Source: Eledone cirrhosa (taxonomy: Eukaryota). From it: a stretch of DNA of 64,000 nt. The position numbers and the translations under genes are program-made. Positions 14,604 to 29,028 of the stretch are shown piece by piece. The notes beneath the pieces are model-generated. The model was not told the DNA's origin. It did no database searches and saw nothing but the letters and a program-made list of their open reading frames with translations. The stretch covers positions 15,438,001 to 15,502,000 of the forward strand of contig OZ024740.1 of assembly GCA_964016885.1 (NCBI GenBank), read 5' to 3'. Positions within the stretch are counted from its first letter, which is position 1, and each line of letters begins with the position of its first letter.

Positions 14604-16989
14604 ATGGATTATTACAACATAACCAATTCAACTAAAGACATTCCTATACCTGGTAAATCTGAATTCACCAAACTTCTAATTGAAAAAACTGACTCCTTCG
14701 TAAGAAGACTTAGATGGATAGCTTATTTCTATGACCAGCGCCTAAAAGGGAACTTCTATACCAAGAATATAACTTCCTCGATCATCTATTTAATTCTAGA
14801 AGAAATCCTCCTTCCAACAAAAATCTAGTGCAATTCGAGGAAGAGTTAACTAAAATTATAAAAATTCTTAAATTCAAGAGATACCCTTACAAAGGACAAG
14901 AGCACCTTGTAAATCTCAAGAACACAATTTCAAACCTAAATTCCTCAAAAAATATTTTAGTCCACTCTGACAAAACCAATAATTTATATGGTATTTCCAA
15001 GGATAATTATAACAACCTTATCCTAAAAAATATCGTAAAACCAACCATGATAATTTAGAATACATAAACTTTGAAGCCTCTGAGATTATGTTAATACTTG
15101 GCATCGAAAAAAAGACCGAACCATTCCTCCCAAGAACTCCGAGGATAAATCTCAAGGATCACAAAAACAATTTTCGCACTGAACTACCTGTTAGATTAAT
15201 CGCCCCCTCTAAATCAGATCTGGGGGTTGTTAGTAAAGCCATCTTGGATAGAATTATCCCACAGGTTCGTTCTAATTGCTCTTCTTTGAACTTAAATTTA
15301 TGGTTTGGTACTTCTGAAGTGATTGGCTGGTTCAACAAATTGAATAATAAAAACAAACTAAAATTTGTTCAATTTGATATTGCCAGCTACTATTCTTCTA
15401 TTTCGCCTTCACTTCTCAATAATGCTCTATCTTTCGCACTTAAATATTCTGACATCACCACAGATGAACTTCACATCATTCTCACCGCACGTAAAACCAT
15501 CCTAGAGTTCAACAATGAATATTGGACCAGAGCCGATACCTCTAACAACTTCGACATCACAATGGGAGCATCCGATTCATCCCAATTGACAGATTTAATT
15601 GGTATCTTTATTTTGACCTCTTTGAGTCGGAAAATTCCTCAACTTCGCGGTGGAATTTATCGTGACGATGGACTCTTTACTATCTTAAATTGCAACATAG
15701 TTAACCTTAATATTATTAAGAACAATATACCTAATCTCTTTAACCAACATAACCTAAAAATTGAATTTGATAACAGCATCAAACTAGCTAATTTCTTGGA
15801 TGTATCTCTTAATCTTGACACTGGCCTATATTACCCTTACCATAAAAACAATGAGAACCTAAATTATGTTAATTTTAAATCTAACCATCCTACTAATATC
15901 AAGAATGCTATAGTTAGTAATATTGGAAAAAGAATATCTAACCTATCTTCTAATAAAAACATCTTTGATGCTAACGCCAATTACTATAATAACGCGCTTT
16001 CTAAAGCCGGCTATCCTGATAAAATCAAATATAGTAAAGAAACAAATTCTAGAAGATCTTACAGTAGAATAATTAATTTTGATCATTCCAATAACTTTAA
16101 TAAAAGACCTAGATACAAAAACATAATCTGGTATAATGCTCCTTTCTCCATCTCTATTAATAATAATATTCCTAAATTATTCTTTAGTGCCTTAAATAAA
16201 TGCTTCCCTCCCTCACATATCTATATTAAAATATTTAACAAACACACTATAAAATTTTCCTATTCGACATCCTCCAACATTTCCAACATTATCTCTAAAC
16301 ACAACAATAAAATACTAAATACTAAATCTCTTCCTTCCAACACTGAATATCATAATAATAGTAATAGTACTCCCGACGTCATTGTAAACCCTAGGCTAAT
16401 TTCTGCAAACCCAAATACAACGTCAAACACAACTTCGCTAAATGTTCTTAATCCCATTCTAAATCAAGAAACTATTATTCCTATCGCAAATAACTTCTCA
16501 AATCCAATTCCTTCTATAGATAACACTAGATCACTCGTTAATAATCTCTCTAATCGCAATTGCAATTGCCCTGTTAAAAATAAATGTCCTCTCAACAACC
16601 ATTGTTTGATAAAAACTTAATTTACGAATGTAAAGTTATAACTGACACCAATTCCTTCACCTATTTTGGCTCGACTTCCACCTCCTTTAAAGCTCGTCTT
16701 TATAACCATCATTCGTCTTTTAAATACAAACTTAAAATAACCAACACGGCTCTCTCAGAACTCATATGGTCCTTGAAAGACAAAAAATATTAAATATAGC
16801 ATCTTTTGGAAAAAGGTTTCTTCTGCGTCTCCATACTTGAACAGTTCTCTATCCAAGATTTGCAATCTCTGTCTAAATGAAAAATTTACCATTATATCTA
16901 ATTTAGATTCTATAATAAATAGACGCACTGACTTGTTTTCTCTCTGCTTGCATAAATTCCACAAAACATTCCACAAAGTATACAGCTAA
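14604..16989 (+). pseudogene. PLE reverse transcriptase/GIY-YIG endonuclease, frameshifted
   Basis: N-terminal STKDIPIP..LIEKTDSFVRRLRW; RT QFDIASYYSSI, DITMG, YRDDGL, FLDV; WYNAPFS; CNC..CPL..C; LIY..YFGST; CNLC..C-H. Naiad assignment is from recalled motif pattern. Confidence 0.9.
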
Positions 16990-17424
16990 TATCCAAAACT
17001 TTATCAATTTAGAATCTTTTTCTCAAAGGCACATATATATATATATATATACTTCTTTAAAAATATACCCATCTTTCTACCTTATTTCAAAGTTATTTAT
17101 TATACATTATATAATACTTGTTACTCATTCTATATCACTCCTATTTATCACTTCCCTTTCTTCATTTTCCCATTCTTCTCTTTTTCTTTTAATGTCTAAC
17201 CCCTAATCTGTACCTTTTCTCACTGTTGCCTAACATAGAAACAATTATTACACAATACAATACTTTCTTACTCTATATCACCTTGTAAAAATCCTTCGTA
17301 AACATAAACATTTTTTGACGTTAGATTATTCATCCTCAATTCATTATTTTTTTCTCCCTTTCATCTAACTTATTCATGCTCATCTCACAATATATCCTTA
17401 CTTACATTACTTGTTGTTCTTTTT

Positions 17425-17600
17425 AATAATACATATCAACATTTTCTTTCCATCGCACATATTATTAAACCCTTAAATATTATTCTTAATACATATTAAC
17501 TTTTTCTTTCCATCGCACATATTATTAAACCCTTAAATATTATTCTTAATACATATTAACATTTTCTTTTCATCGCACATATTATTATACCCTTCAATAT
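17425..17600. repeat. 60 bp tandem repeat x3 in the PLE 3' UTR (mirrored at ~13570-13740)
   Basis: AATACATATTAAC..TTTCTTTCCATCGCACATATTATTAAACCCTT repeated. Confidence 0.85.
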
Positions 17601-17958
17601 ACAAACCTTAACTTTACATTATTTTTCTCTTCGTTAATTTTCAAATTCTTTTAAATTATACATTATCTTCCAACGGTTTTCAACCTCTCTATGTAAAATA
17701 TATTTTTCTCAGTTATAAAAGCTATCTCTCTCTCTCTCTATCACCCATCTCTCCTCCTATCTCATCCTCCCTCATTATACTCCTCCCTCTCCACTTTTTA
17801 CGCTCATCACCTCCTCTTTTTCATCCTTCCCCCCCCCCCCCCTAAAAAAAAAAATATATTTTTCCCAATATCACACATCAATCTAAAACTACTTTTCATA
17901 TGTTGATTTAAAACTGCACTATCCACAAGAGTTTTTTAACCTTCATATCATGTCTTCC

Positions 17959-18029
17959 TATTTCATCTGATGAAAACACAAATATTATTGAATGATGATA
18001 TTTGTTTTTGAAATGCGCATAATAAAATA
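17959..18029 (+). ncRNA. Type I hammerhead with long stem II
   Basis: TATTTCAT-CTGATGA(17967)-long stem-GAAA(18010)-TGCGCA-TA-ATAAAATA. Confidence 0.85.
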
Positions 18030-18060
18030 CATGGAACTCTTTTAAACATCTTTTGTTCTT

Positions 18061-20023
18061 CCTTCCAGGGTCCCAATGGCCACTCGCTCTCTGTCCAGCA
18101 TGCCTTCCGCTGCACCTCCTCCAACCTAGTCTACGGACTTCGCTGGACGGAGTGCAGCGCGACTTATGTCGGACAGACGGGACGTCGCCTGGCGGACCGA
18201 TTCACTGAGCACCTCCGGGATATTCGTCTCGGGGGTAGTTCCCCCATCGCCCGCCATTTTGGTGGCCCTGGACATTCCGCACGCCATCTCACAGTCTGTG
18301 GCCTACTCCAGTGCCACGGAACACCCGCCAATCGCCTTAGGGTCGAACAACGAACTATCTTCATCTTACAGACCCACAATCCCCCGGCCTGAACTCCCCA
18401 CCCTTATTCTTTTAGCCTTCGACCTCCTCCTCCCCCCACACTTATCCCCTACTAACACCACTAACACACCCCTCCTTTTCACCGCCCACCCCACAACTAA
18501 CAATACTAACACCTCCACTCCACCCCTCATCTGACCACCATTCCCCAACTAACATACTAACATCCCTCCCTTCTTCTCCTCCTCCCCCTCCTTATCACAC
18601 GCACACACCCACCGGCACATATATACACGCGCTCACACTAAACACACACCCTACTACCACCACTAACCCTCACCCCCACACCTCTCACCCCCACACCTCC
18701 ATCCCACCACCCCGCAACTAACCTCACTAACACCCCCTAACCCCAAGCACACGAACACACGCACCCACTTACACCACCCACCCCACACGCAACTAACATC
18801 ACTAACACCCCCAACCCCACGCACACGTACCCACACACCCTCGTACACCACCAACTCTACACACCCTACCACCACTAACCCCCCCTCACACCTGCATTCA
18901 ACCCCTTCCCACCTCCCGTATACTAACACCCACTAACACCCCTTCATCAAACTACACACACACCAGTACACCACACTCCCTCCATAGAACCACACACACC
19001 CTTCTCTCCCCGCTCCACCCACACCCTCACTCCACACTCACTCATCCCACTAACACCTCTACTAATACACACACACACACCCTCCTCACTCCAACTTTCA
19101 CACCTACCCATCCTCGCCCCTTTACCATTCCACCGACTGCTGCTATGCCCTCTGACCACCTCCCAGCACAAACAGACACACAGCACTCCCACTGCTTGAC
19201 CACTTCCTGTTGCGCGCGCACCCCACATCTCTCCTCTTCCGACCATCTCTTCATGGAATACTCGCACGCAGAAATTGACCACCACAGAATCCACTAAACA
19301 CCTTCGGATTTTACCAACTTTTCAACCATCCTCTTACGTAATCACCTATATAACTCAACCACACACACACCCCAAAAAAATGTTTTTCTCCTCCACACGC
19401 CACCTACACCCACAACACGCTTAAACCCCACACACACGTGCTTTCCACCACATATTTACACCCTCAGCCTCCTGATTCCTCTCCCCCCACCACTCTATCC
19501 ACACACGCACAGACACTCCGACCCCCCCCCCCCCACACACCTCTTCCTGAACATGCAACCCCGTTCTTCCCCCAACCCTTACTTGCACATACACACACAC
19601 ACACACACACACGTACACCTACACACACACACCACCTTCAGCCCTCCCCGCTCGGACACTCGTCTCCCTCTCCACCCGCCACCACCCCTACACACCCCAC
19701 ACCCTTCCACCACCTGTTTTACCCCCCTTTTAATTTCAGTTTATTTTGATCATGCTTTTATATTTAAATTTATTTCATTCCTTGTATTTTGATCATGCTT
19801 TATTTTTAATTTTATTTTTATTTTTTTCATTCGTTTCCTTTCGCTATATGTCTCTCCACCACTCCCCTACACACCCTTTGAACTCTGTTCCCACACACTT
19901 CTCACCCGAGGAAGGGCTTATGCCCGAAACGTCGTCCCCCACCAACACCCCACTCTCCAGAGCGTGAAATTAATAAACATTCGTTGTACTGCCTCTCTGT
20001 TTTGTCCCTGTTCAAATTTTTCC

Positions 20024-20025
<2 letters not shown>
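18061..20025 (+). mobile_element. 5'-truncated PLE of a different, Neptune-like family: GIY-YIG remnant, C/A-rich 3' region and degenerate hammerhead
   Basis: ~18106-18390 translates FRCTSSNLVYGLRWTECSATYVGQTGRRLADRFTEHLRDIR...IARHF...RLRVEQRTIFILQT; CCGAGGA-AGGGCTTATGCCC-GAAACGTCG near 19906-19934. Confidence 0.75.
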
Positions 20026-20071
<46 letters not shown>

Positions 20072-20072
20072 A

Positions 20073-20400
20073 GTGGCGACTGCATCACTTGACTTACTTG
20101 GGTTAAACTCGATTAGAAAAGCAGAAAAGCCGTCAAGCAACATTAGCAGCAGAATCTTTAACATCTCTTTTGAAAAAGGGACCATTCGAATGAACTACAA
20201 ACCAATAAGTCGCTGGAGAATTGTGGGCTTAGAGAAAACATTATGTGTTACTCATAAAACTGAACCACCCGCAGCTAAAGAAATTAAAAACCGTAACTGT
20301 AATGTAAGCTGGTTCAACCCACCACCCATATTGCCTGATTGTGAAATTTGATATTGTCAATATGATACTAAATAAGATCGGAATACATTTCCCCACAAGA
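20073..20400 (+). pseudogene. Decayed PLE RT C-terminal fragment
   Basis: NISSRIFNIS and VSWFNPP resemble NIGKRISNLS and IIWYNAP of PLE copy 1. Confidence 0.55.
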
Positions 20401-20726
20401 CAGAAATATTGATTTCCTGCACTGGTTCAAAGCCAGAAATGTGTTGGACTGAAGGAGGGAACAGACGATTATGTTGAGAGCTCAGTAGACAACTGGTCCT
20501 TTACTCATCGATATAGCTCTGAAATAATGTCTACAGTTACTTATTTTATCGCTAAACACACACACGCACACACACAGGGACACACGTACGCGTGCGCATA
20601 TGCACACGCTTATATATATATATTTACGCATTTATACGTGTACGAGTGTGAATACCTATATATGTGTGTGTGTATATATAAATATACGCATATATATGTA
20701 TCTATATGTACACACACACACACACA

Positions 20727-20828
<102 letters not shown>

Positions 20829-21199
20829 TATATATATGAATATATACTATATATAGAGAGTTATAAACTCAAACAGTCTTTTACAATTAATTAGCTCAAA
20901 AAAAGAAGTATTTCTGAGCCGTGAAGTACGAGTTAATATAAATTAATATATGATAAACACTAATATAATCATATAAGTGTTTGTATTGCAAATGACCAAG
21001 TTAGCTAGATTGAAAAATACTAATTAGATTAATACAGTTTACCTGTCTCGATTTAAAATAATAAATCAATAAAAACAAACCCATATTGGCAATAGCCGTG
21101 ATACCTGGACAAATTTAAATTTCAAAACCCAAACCTGTTCCGTAGACAAATTTAAATTTCAAAACCCATATATATAATATTGTGCATATGCATACGTAT

Positions 21200-21598
21200 A
21201 CTTAATATGAAAGAATATTGGTGGACTGTTCCAGTCAAAAGCCCAACAGAATTCAAACATAACAGACCAGATGTAAAGATATGGGACAGAGAAAAGATGA
21301 CATATACTGTAGTAGAAATAAGCTGCCCAGCAGATGTCCATATAGTATTAAAGATTAGTGAAGAGAACATTTAAGCTGAGTTAATGAGGAATCTGCAGAT
21401 ACTCCACCATGACTATACTTTAAGATATGTACCTGTGATAATTGGGGCTCTGGGATATGTTAGTAGCTACCTCAGTAGAGACCTTGAGAAGCTGGGCTTT
21501 ACAGAACTAGAAAGGTACAGGTATTCAGGAAGTTACAAGTACAGTCCATCAGTGGAACTGTAAATATAAGTAAAACATTTCAGGAATTCAACATGTAA
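21200..21598 (+). pseudogene. Restriction-like endonuclease remnant of an R4/Dong-like non-LTR element
   Basis: YWW..KHNRPDVKIWD..VVEISCPAD (PD-(D/E) motif) and downstream VPVIIGALGYV. Confidence 0.75.
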
Positions 21599-21599
21599 T

Positions 21600-22278
21600 A
21601 ACTGTATATATCAACTGTATATATCAACTGTATATATCAACTGTATATATCAACTGTATATATCAACTGTATATATCAACTGTATATATCAACTGTATAT
21701 ATCAACTGTATATATCAACTGTATATATCAACTGTATATATCAACTGTATATATCAACTGTATATATCAACTGTATATATCAACTGTATATATCAAATGT
21801 ATATATCAACTGTATATATACATGTATATAATCAACTGTATATATACATGTATATATATATCAACTGTATATATCAAATGTATATATCAACTGTATATAT
21901 ATATGTATATAATCAACTGTATATATACATGTATATATATATCAACTGTATATATCAAATGTATATATCAACTGTATATATACATGTATATAATCAACTG
22001 TATATATACATGTATATATATATCAACTGTATATATCAAATGTATATATCAACTGTATATATACATGTATATAATCAACTGTATATATACATGTATATAT
22101 ATATCAACTGTATATATCAAATGTATATATCAACTGTATATATACATGTATATAATCAACTGTATATATACATGTATATATATATCAACTGTATATATCA
22201 AATGTATATATCAACTGTATATATACATGTATATAATCAACTGTATATATACATGTATATATATCAACTGTATATATA
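21600..22278. repeat. Minisatellite: 13-mer AACTGTATATATC (~15 copies) grading into an 81 bp higher-order repeat (~6 copies)
   Basis: Direct reading; 27-aa periodicity in the ORF track. Confidence 0.9.
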
Positions 22279-22439
22279 CACATATAACTCAAAACATACA
22301 AATCTACACACATACCTTCTCTTACATACACACACACTCTCTCTCACTTACATACACACACACACACACTCTCTCCCTCTCTCACACACACACACACGAA
22401 GATATATATACGGATTTACCTAGCTGATGTCCTATGAAA

Positions 22440-23110
22440 GTGTCTTGTTTTTATGTTACAAACCGACTCTCACTATTGGTTACAATTTATAAGATGATAA
22501 AACCAGACGAACATACATACTTACAGGGAAGTCGCTCAGCAGTATCGCAGTGAATCCATGGATGAAAAACTGCATGCTTATCAACAAAAAATCATGTGTG
22601 GATATGTTGCCAGGAAGCTCCAGAGTGAGAGTAATATAGATAAACAAAGTAGTCTATCTTGGACCAACAACCGTTATATTGGCTCCCAATTTGAAGGATA
22701 CGCTTTTGCAATCCAAGAACGGGAAATCAACATAAAATACCTGATTCACAACAGAGATAGCAAAACACATAGATGTAACAACAAGTGCAGACTCTGCAGA
22801 ATTAACATCGAAGATGTCACCCATGTAATAAGCATCTCTCTCAAGAAGTTCCGACAAGTTCATGACATCCCACCTTGAAGGATATCTCTATGTTATACAG
22901 GAACAAGAAATCCCTACTAAATATCTGCTACCCAAAAGAGGAGGGCCATCAGTATACAATCAGTATAGGCTTTGTAAAACAAAGATCGAAGATGTTAGCC
23001 ACATTGTTGCCAATTGTGAAAGAATGTTGTCTCGCTACTACTACTACCCCCCCCCCCTCTATGAAACACGATGTGATAGCTAGAACCATCTGGAACGCAT
23101 ATATATATAC
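22440..23110 (+). pseudogene. Two tandem R4/Dong-like fragments (post-RT region and CCHC knuckle)
   Basis: FEGYAFAIQERE..CRLC..EDVTHVIS and LEGYLYVIQEQE..RLC..EDVSHIVANC. Confidence 0.7.
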
Positions 23111-23142
23111 CAGGGAAAAGCGGACGTAAATGATGATGATGA

Positions 23143-23202
<60 letters not shown>

Positions 23203-23255
23203 CATCTTATTTAAATGCCAACCAACATATTGGGTGATGACAGATTTAGAATATA

Positions 23256-23486
23256 CTAACAGAATGGCCCGGCGTTGCTCGGTAAGAATTATAGAGAGAG
23301 ATCGCTAAATCGCCTAATGCGGTCCCTAGGGCATTGAAAATTAAAAATATCTTTTGCTCAAAACACTCACAGGACTATAAGTATTACATGTGTAAAGTTT
23401 GAAAACAATCGGTTGGCTGGTTCTCGAGTTTTAGTGATTGGTCAGTCAGACAGACAAACAGACATTCTCTGTTTTAGTAATATAGA
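23256..23486 (-). mobile_element. 231 bp non-autonomous Helitron-like element
   Basis: Minus strand: A|TCTATATTAC ... CCCGAGCAACGCCGGG hairpin ... TTAG|T. Confidence 0.6.
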
Positions 23487-24096
23487 TTACTATATATATG
23501 TATGTATGCACGTATGCACGTATATATGTATTATGTATGTAAGTATGTGTATGTATGTATCTATGTATGTATGTTGTTTGTATATATGCATGTATGTATG
23601 TATATATGTATGCATGTATGTATGTTTGTATGTATGCATGTATGTATATATGTATTGTGTGTATATGTATGCATCTATGTATGTTTGCATGTATGCATGT
23701 ATGTATGTTTGCATTGTGTGTGTATGTATTATGTATATATGTACATATGTATGTATATATGTATGTATGAATATATTTATATATGCATGGAATAATATAA
23801 AACTTATTACAAAGTCCATACAGTAGGTATCACAATTGATATAAATTCTTAAACTAAAGAAACCACTCTGATATTTCAGCGCAAAGCTTCCTTCTTCATA
23901 GAAAGAGAGACAAGGCAGAATAACAGACACAAATTAAAATGTGACGTTTATTAATCATTTTGCCATCCAGCGTCCATCATGGCGTCTATCTTGTGTGTAT
24001 TTTACCGGATATACAATATTTCTAACAGACTCCCATTCAAGAATTCATTGGTTTTTTTTCAGTAACATTTCTCTCTCTCTCTTTTTCTCATCCCTC

Positions 24097-24158
<62 letters not shown>

Positions 24159-24525
24159 TCTCTCTCTCTTTCTCACCCTACCCCTCTCTCTTCCCTCCCT
24201 CTCTCTCGCCATGTTTGCAGTCAGTTTTGTTTTCTTTTCACTTCTTTCTGTCTCTTCAAACATGGCAGCAATAATAATAACAACAACAACAACAGCAACA
24301 ACAGTAAAAGCTACAACAACTTCAACAACAAAAATAACAATAACAGCAACAACAATAACAATGGCAACAATAATAACAACAATACTAACAGCAACAATAA
24401 TAAATAAAAAAATAACAAGAGCAACAATAACAATAATAATAATAACAACAACAGTAATAACAGCAATAATAACAACAACTATAACAACAACAACAACAGT
24501 AGAATATTAAATGTTAAGTGTTAAT

Positions 24526-24564
24526 TGAACAAGTACTTTCATGCTTTCGCAATCTTCAGGTTCA
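24526..24564 (-). ncRNA. Minimal type I hammerhead (left arm)
   Basis: Reverse complement of 24659-24697. Confidence 0.85.
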
Positions 24565-24658
24565 TATTCTGTGGTGACAGTCAAGTTTGCAATTTTCAAC
24601 GGTGAAATTTGCAATTTTCACAGTTGAAAATTGCAAACTTGACTGTCACCACACATTA

Positions 24659-24697
24659 TGAACCTGAAGATTGCGAAAGCATGAAAGTACTTGTTCA
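24659..24697 (+). ncRNA. Minimal type I hammerhead (right arm)
   Basis: TGAAC-CTGAAGA-t TGC gaaa GCA t-GAAA-GTAC-TT-GTTCA. Confidence 0.88.
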
Positions 24698-24860
24698 ATT
24701 AACACTTAACATTTAATATTCTACCATACTATTTCATTCTAATACCATTATAAATTTTAAAGGATTGTAAATAAAACGAGTAAATCAGACAAAGTTGAAA
24801 TTCCTTTTATTAATATAATCTTCTATACACAATCATACACACCCGTGTATATTTATCTAT

Positions 24861-24969
<109 letters not shown>

Positions 24970-24979
24970 CATACATACA

Positions 24980-25015
<36 letters not shown>

Positions 25016-25041
25016 CATACATACATATATATATATACAAC

Positions 25042-25122
<81 letters not shown>

Positions 25123-25123
<1 letters not shown>

Positions 25124-25307
25124 TAGGAAAATGTTTAACGCCGACGGCAGAGCTCAAGCTGTTTCGACGAGTTCAGAAATAGGCGTCGAAACGGCTTGAG
25201 CTCTGCTGTCGGGGTTAAAGATTTTCCTATTACCCACTCTACTACCCTAAGTATTGAGTGCTCTGGTGCGCTATGGTCCACCTGGTTCCTTACCACACTT
25301 CGTTCGT
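25123..25307. repeat. Short inverted-repeat insertion, related to 27544-28040 and 28255-28417
   Basis: Arms ~25123-25167 and ~25182-25230; shared CGTCGAAACGGCTTGAGCTC. Confidence 0.7.
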
Positions 25308-25321
25308 TATATATATATATG

Positions 25322-25419
<98 letters not shown>

Positions 25420-25435
25420 GAGAGAGAGAAAGAGC

Positions 25436-25514
25436 AGAGATTCTACAGGACTAGAACTGTTTCATTCGTGAGAAATCATCACGAATGAAACAGTTCTAGT
25501 CCTGTAGAATCTCT
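25436..25514. repeat. Perfect 36 bp inverted repeat with 7 nt spacer, probable PLE 3'-end remnant
   Basis: AGAGATTCTACAGGACTAGAACTGTTTCATTCGTGA and its reverse complement. Confidence 0.8.
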
Positions 25515-25623
25515 TCTATATTAAAACTTTTACACTCTGCTATGTATTGAGTACCTTACTTACTGTGGTTACTTCCGATTCAACCCGGAATAATTTACTT
25601 ATATATATATATATACGGTACAT

Positions 25624-26067
25624 GTGGTGGGCCTTAAGAAGTCATGTAATTGCAGAGACCCATCGCTATGCCCCCTTAGTAATGAATGCATGACCAAAAA
25701 CGTGGTCTACAGGTGCAAGGTCACAACCCCTAACTCGGAGCACCACTACATAGGATCCACAGCGACGAGCTTCAAAGCTCGGTGGTATAATCATCGCCAT
25801 TCCTTTAACAGAATAGATAAGAGGAAATGTACGGCCCTTTCTGAATTGATCTGGAAGCTCAAACTTGAAAAGACCCTGCACTCTCTGGTCTGGTGCGTGG
25901 TTAGAAAGGTTCCCCCAGACATAGGCGGGTCTGGTATTTGCAGCCTCTGTCTTAGTGAGACACTCGAGATTCTTCATGGCGGAACCAAGCTATTAAACAG
26001 AAGGGCCGACTTATTCGGTGCCTGCAGACACCTAAGGACGGGAACTTTCCTCAAGCTATATGGATAA
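25624..26067 (+). pseudogene. 5'-truncated PLE: uninterrupted GIY-YIG endonuclease domain (Naiad-type)
   Basis: CNCRDPSLCPLSNEC..VVY..YIGSTATSFKARWYNH..TALSELIW..CSLC..NRR..CRH. Confidence 0.88.
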
Positions 26068-26515
26068 ACCCCGGTTACAGCCTCCCACAAGACCCCCCCC
26101 CCGGTAGGTCCCCTACACCCCGTACCAATGACCAATGGACAACAACAACCACCCATGGTTTGCGGTCCCTATGGTGGATGGTCCACCGGATCCTCTACTG
26201 GTTAGGAGTCATCTAAACAATGTTTTATTGAACCTGATTTTATATATATATGTATATATGTATCATGTGTATATATATCTGTATTTTATATGTGTATGTA
26301 TGCGTATTTTATATATGTGTGCGTATCTGTATGTATATATTTTATATATATATGTGTGTATGTGTGTGTGTATTTTATATATATATATATGTATGTTTTA
26401 CGTGTGTATATATTTTGTGTGTGTGTGTGTATTCTATGTATATATATATATTTTTTATATTTTTTTATATTTTTGTATGTATATATTTTATATATATGTA
26501 TGTTCTGTGTATATA

Positions 26516-26640
<125 letters not shown>

Positions 26641-27285
26641 CTTGTGCATACATGCATGCATGCATATATATATATACACACACCTGTATGGATTTGTGTG
26701 TGTAGATGTGTGAATGTTTGAGGGGGTAGGTGTGAGTGTATGTACAAGTGAACCAGCATAAACCTTTTATTTCTATATTTTCTAAACTATCTAAGTATTG
26801 GACTCTAACCATTATATTAAGTATTACCACCCCACTTTTTGTATGTGTGGATATGTGTGTGTGTCTGTAGGGGTGGGTGTGAGTGTAGTGCAAGCCAACC
26901 TACATAAGCCTTTTTATTTGTAAACTTTCTACTCCAACCATAATTTTCAGTAGCACCACTCCACATAAATTCCTCAATTTAAGAATGACCTGTAGTATCT
27001 ATTTCATACTATTAGTCTTATTTGAAAATATATCTGACCAAGAATGCCTTTTGTCAAAATCAGTCATGTGGAACTATTGTCATCTTGCCTGATGGTTTGA
27101 ACCTCACAGAACCACCTGCCTCTTCGAGGTCACATACCAACCTACTACCATCTACAAACTGACCAATGAGAATCAAGACTATTCCTGCTGACAACATCAA
27201 AGTATTCCTAACAAGCTCATATGCCCCAGGGCTCTAATACCATCAACACTATACACACAGAGCTGGCATATCTAAGAACTGACTA

Positions 27286-27341
27286 ACTGCCTGATGAGGT
27301 CATAGCCATTCAATGGCTATCATCGAAATATATATAGCAGT
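27286..27341 (+). ncRNA. Type I hammerhead ribozyme
   Basis: ACTGC-CTGATGA-ggtc ATAGCCAT tca ATGGCTAT catc-GAAA-TATATA-TA-GCAGT. Confidence 0.85.
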
Positions 27342-27382
27342 AAATAAAGGATTATGAGTTCATGCAATTGACTTATGTTTCG

Positions 27383-27442
<60 letters not shown>

Positions 27443-27543
27443 CATATATATATATACATACATGCATATACATATATATATATATACATACATATATATA
27501 TATATATATATACATATATATATACATATATATATATACATAT

Positions 27544-28178
<635 letters not shown>

Positions 28179-28758
28179 CAAACATCAGCGCTCTATCTCA
28201 AAATTATTTTTGAAAAGCATTAGAAATGCGCAACCGGTAAAAAGTGGTGCGTTATGGTCCGAAGGAAGTGTGGTAAGGAAGCAGGTGGACCATAACGCAC
28301 CAGAATATTCGATACTTTGGGTAGTAGAGTGGGTAATAGGAAAATGTTCAGGACCCCAGAAATAGCCGTCTAAACGGCTTGAGCTCTGCCGTCATGTTCC
28401 TGAACATTTTCCCATATATATATATAAACTATATATAATTATAAAATTATAAACAGGAAAGGTTAGTATTTTTTATTTTTTACATTATTAAACATAGTTT
28501 TGATTGTTCTGTACTTTATATATATATATATATATATTATATCCTTTATATATATATATCCTTTATATATATATATATCCTTTCCTTATTATTATATTTT
28601 TTTCTTCTCTCTATATTTTTTCTTCCTCTTCCTTACCTTTTCTTTCCTCCTTCCTTTCCTTTTTACCAATATCATATATCCCTCTAATTTTATTTTTCAT
28701 ATGTTGATTTAACACTTCACTGCTCGCAAGTGTTTTTAAGCTTCATATCATGTCTCCC

Positions 28759-28826
28759 TATTTTATCTTATGAGAACGCAAATATCATCCCATGATATTT
28801 GTTTTTGAAATGCGCATAATAAAATA
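28759..28826 (+). ncRNA. Degenerate hammerhead (CTTATGA core)
   Basis: TATTTTAT-CTTATGA...GAAA-TGCGCA-TA-ATAAAATA. Confidence 0.65.
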
Positions 28827-29028
28827 CATGGAACTCTTTTAACCATCTTTTGATCTTATATTATTTATACTCCAGTCCTATAAACTGTTGAGTGCTACTT
28901 ATCCGATATTTTCATTGCTTTATTGTGCTATAATAAAACTCACCTCCTACATTAACTTGCTCCTTGACTGTTTGAGCGCTAACTCTTATATCGGATGCCT
29001 TCGATGGTCTCTAATTTTCTTCTATAAC

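Larger units (their letters stand above)
14394..18060 (+). mobile_element. Penelope-like element copy 1 (Naiad-type)
   Basis: RT plus C-terminal GIY-YIG ORF, terminal redundancy (ATACATGGAACTCTTTT at 14394 and 18027), hammerhead near the 3' end. Confidence 0.9.
24499..24724. repeat. Inverted repeat (~102 bp arms, 22 nt spacer), PLE-derived
   Basis: 24499-24600 is the reverse complement of 24623-24724 with ~2 mismatches. Confidence 0.92.

Noticed and set aside
16550-16989. Selenocysteine recoding, reported for some Naiad PLEs
   Set aside because: Conserved Cys positions use TGC/TGT and I saw no in-frame TGA at them
23941-24510. 189 aa Ser/Leu/Thr-rich ORF
   Set aside because: Made of (TC)n and (ACA/ATA)n simple repeats
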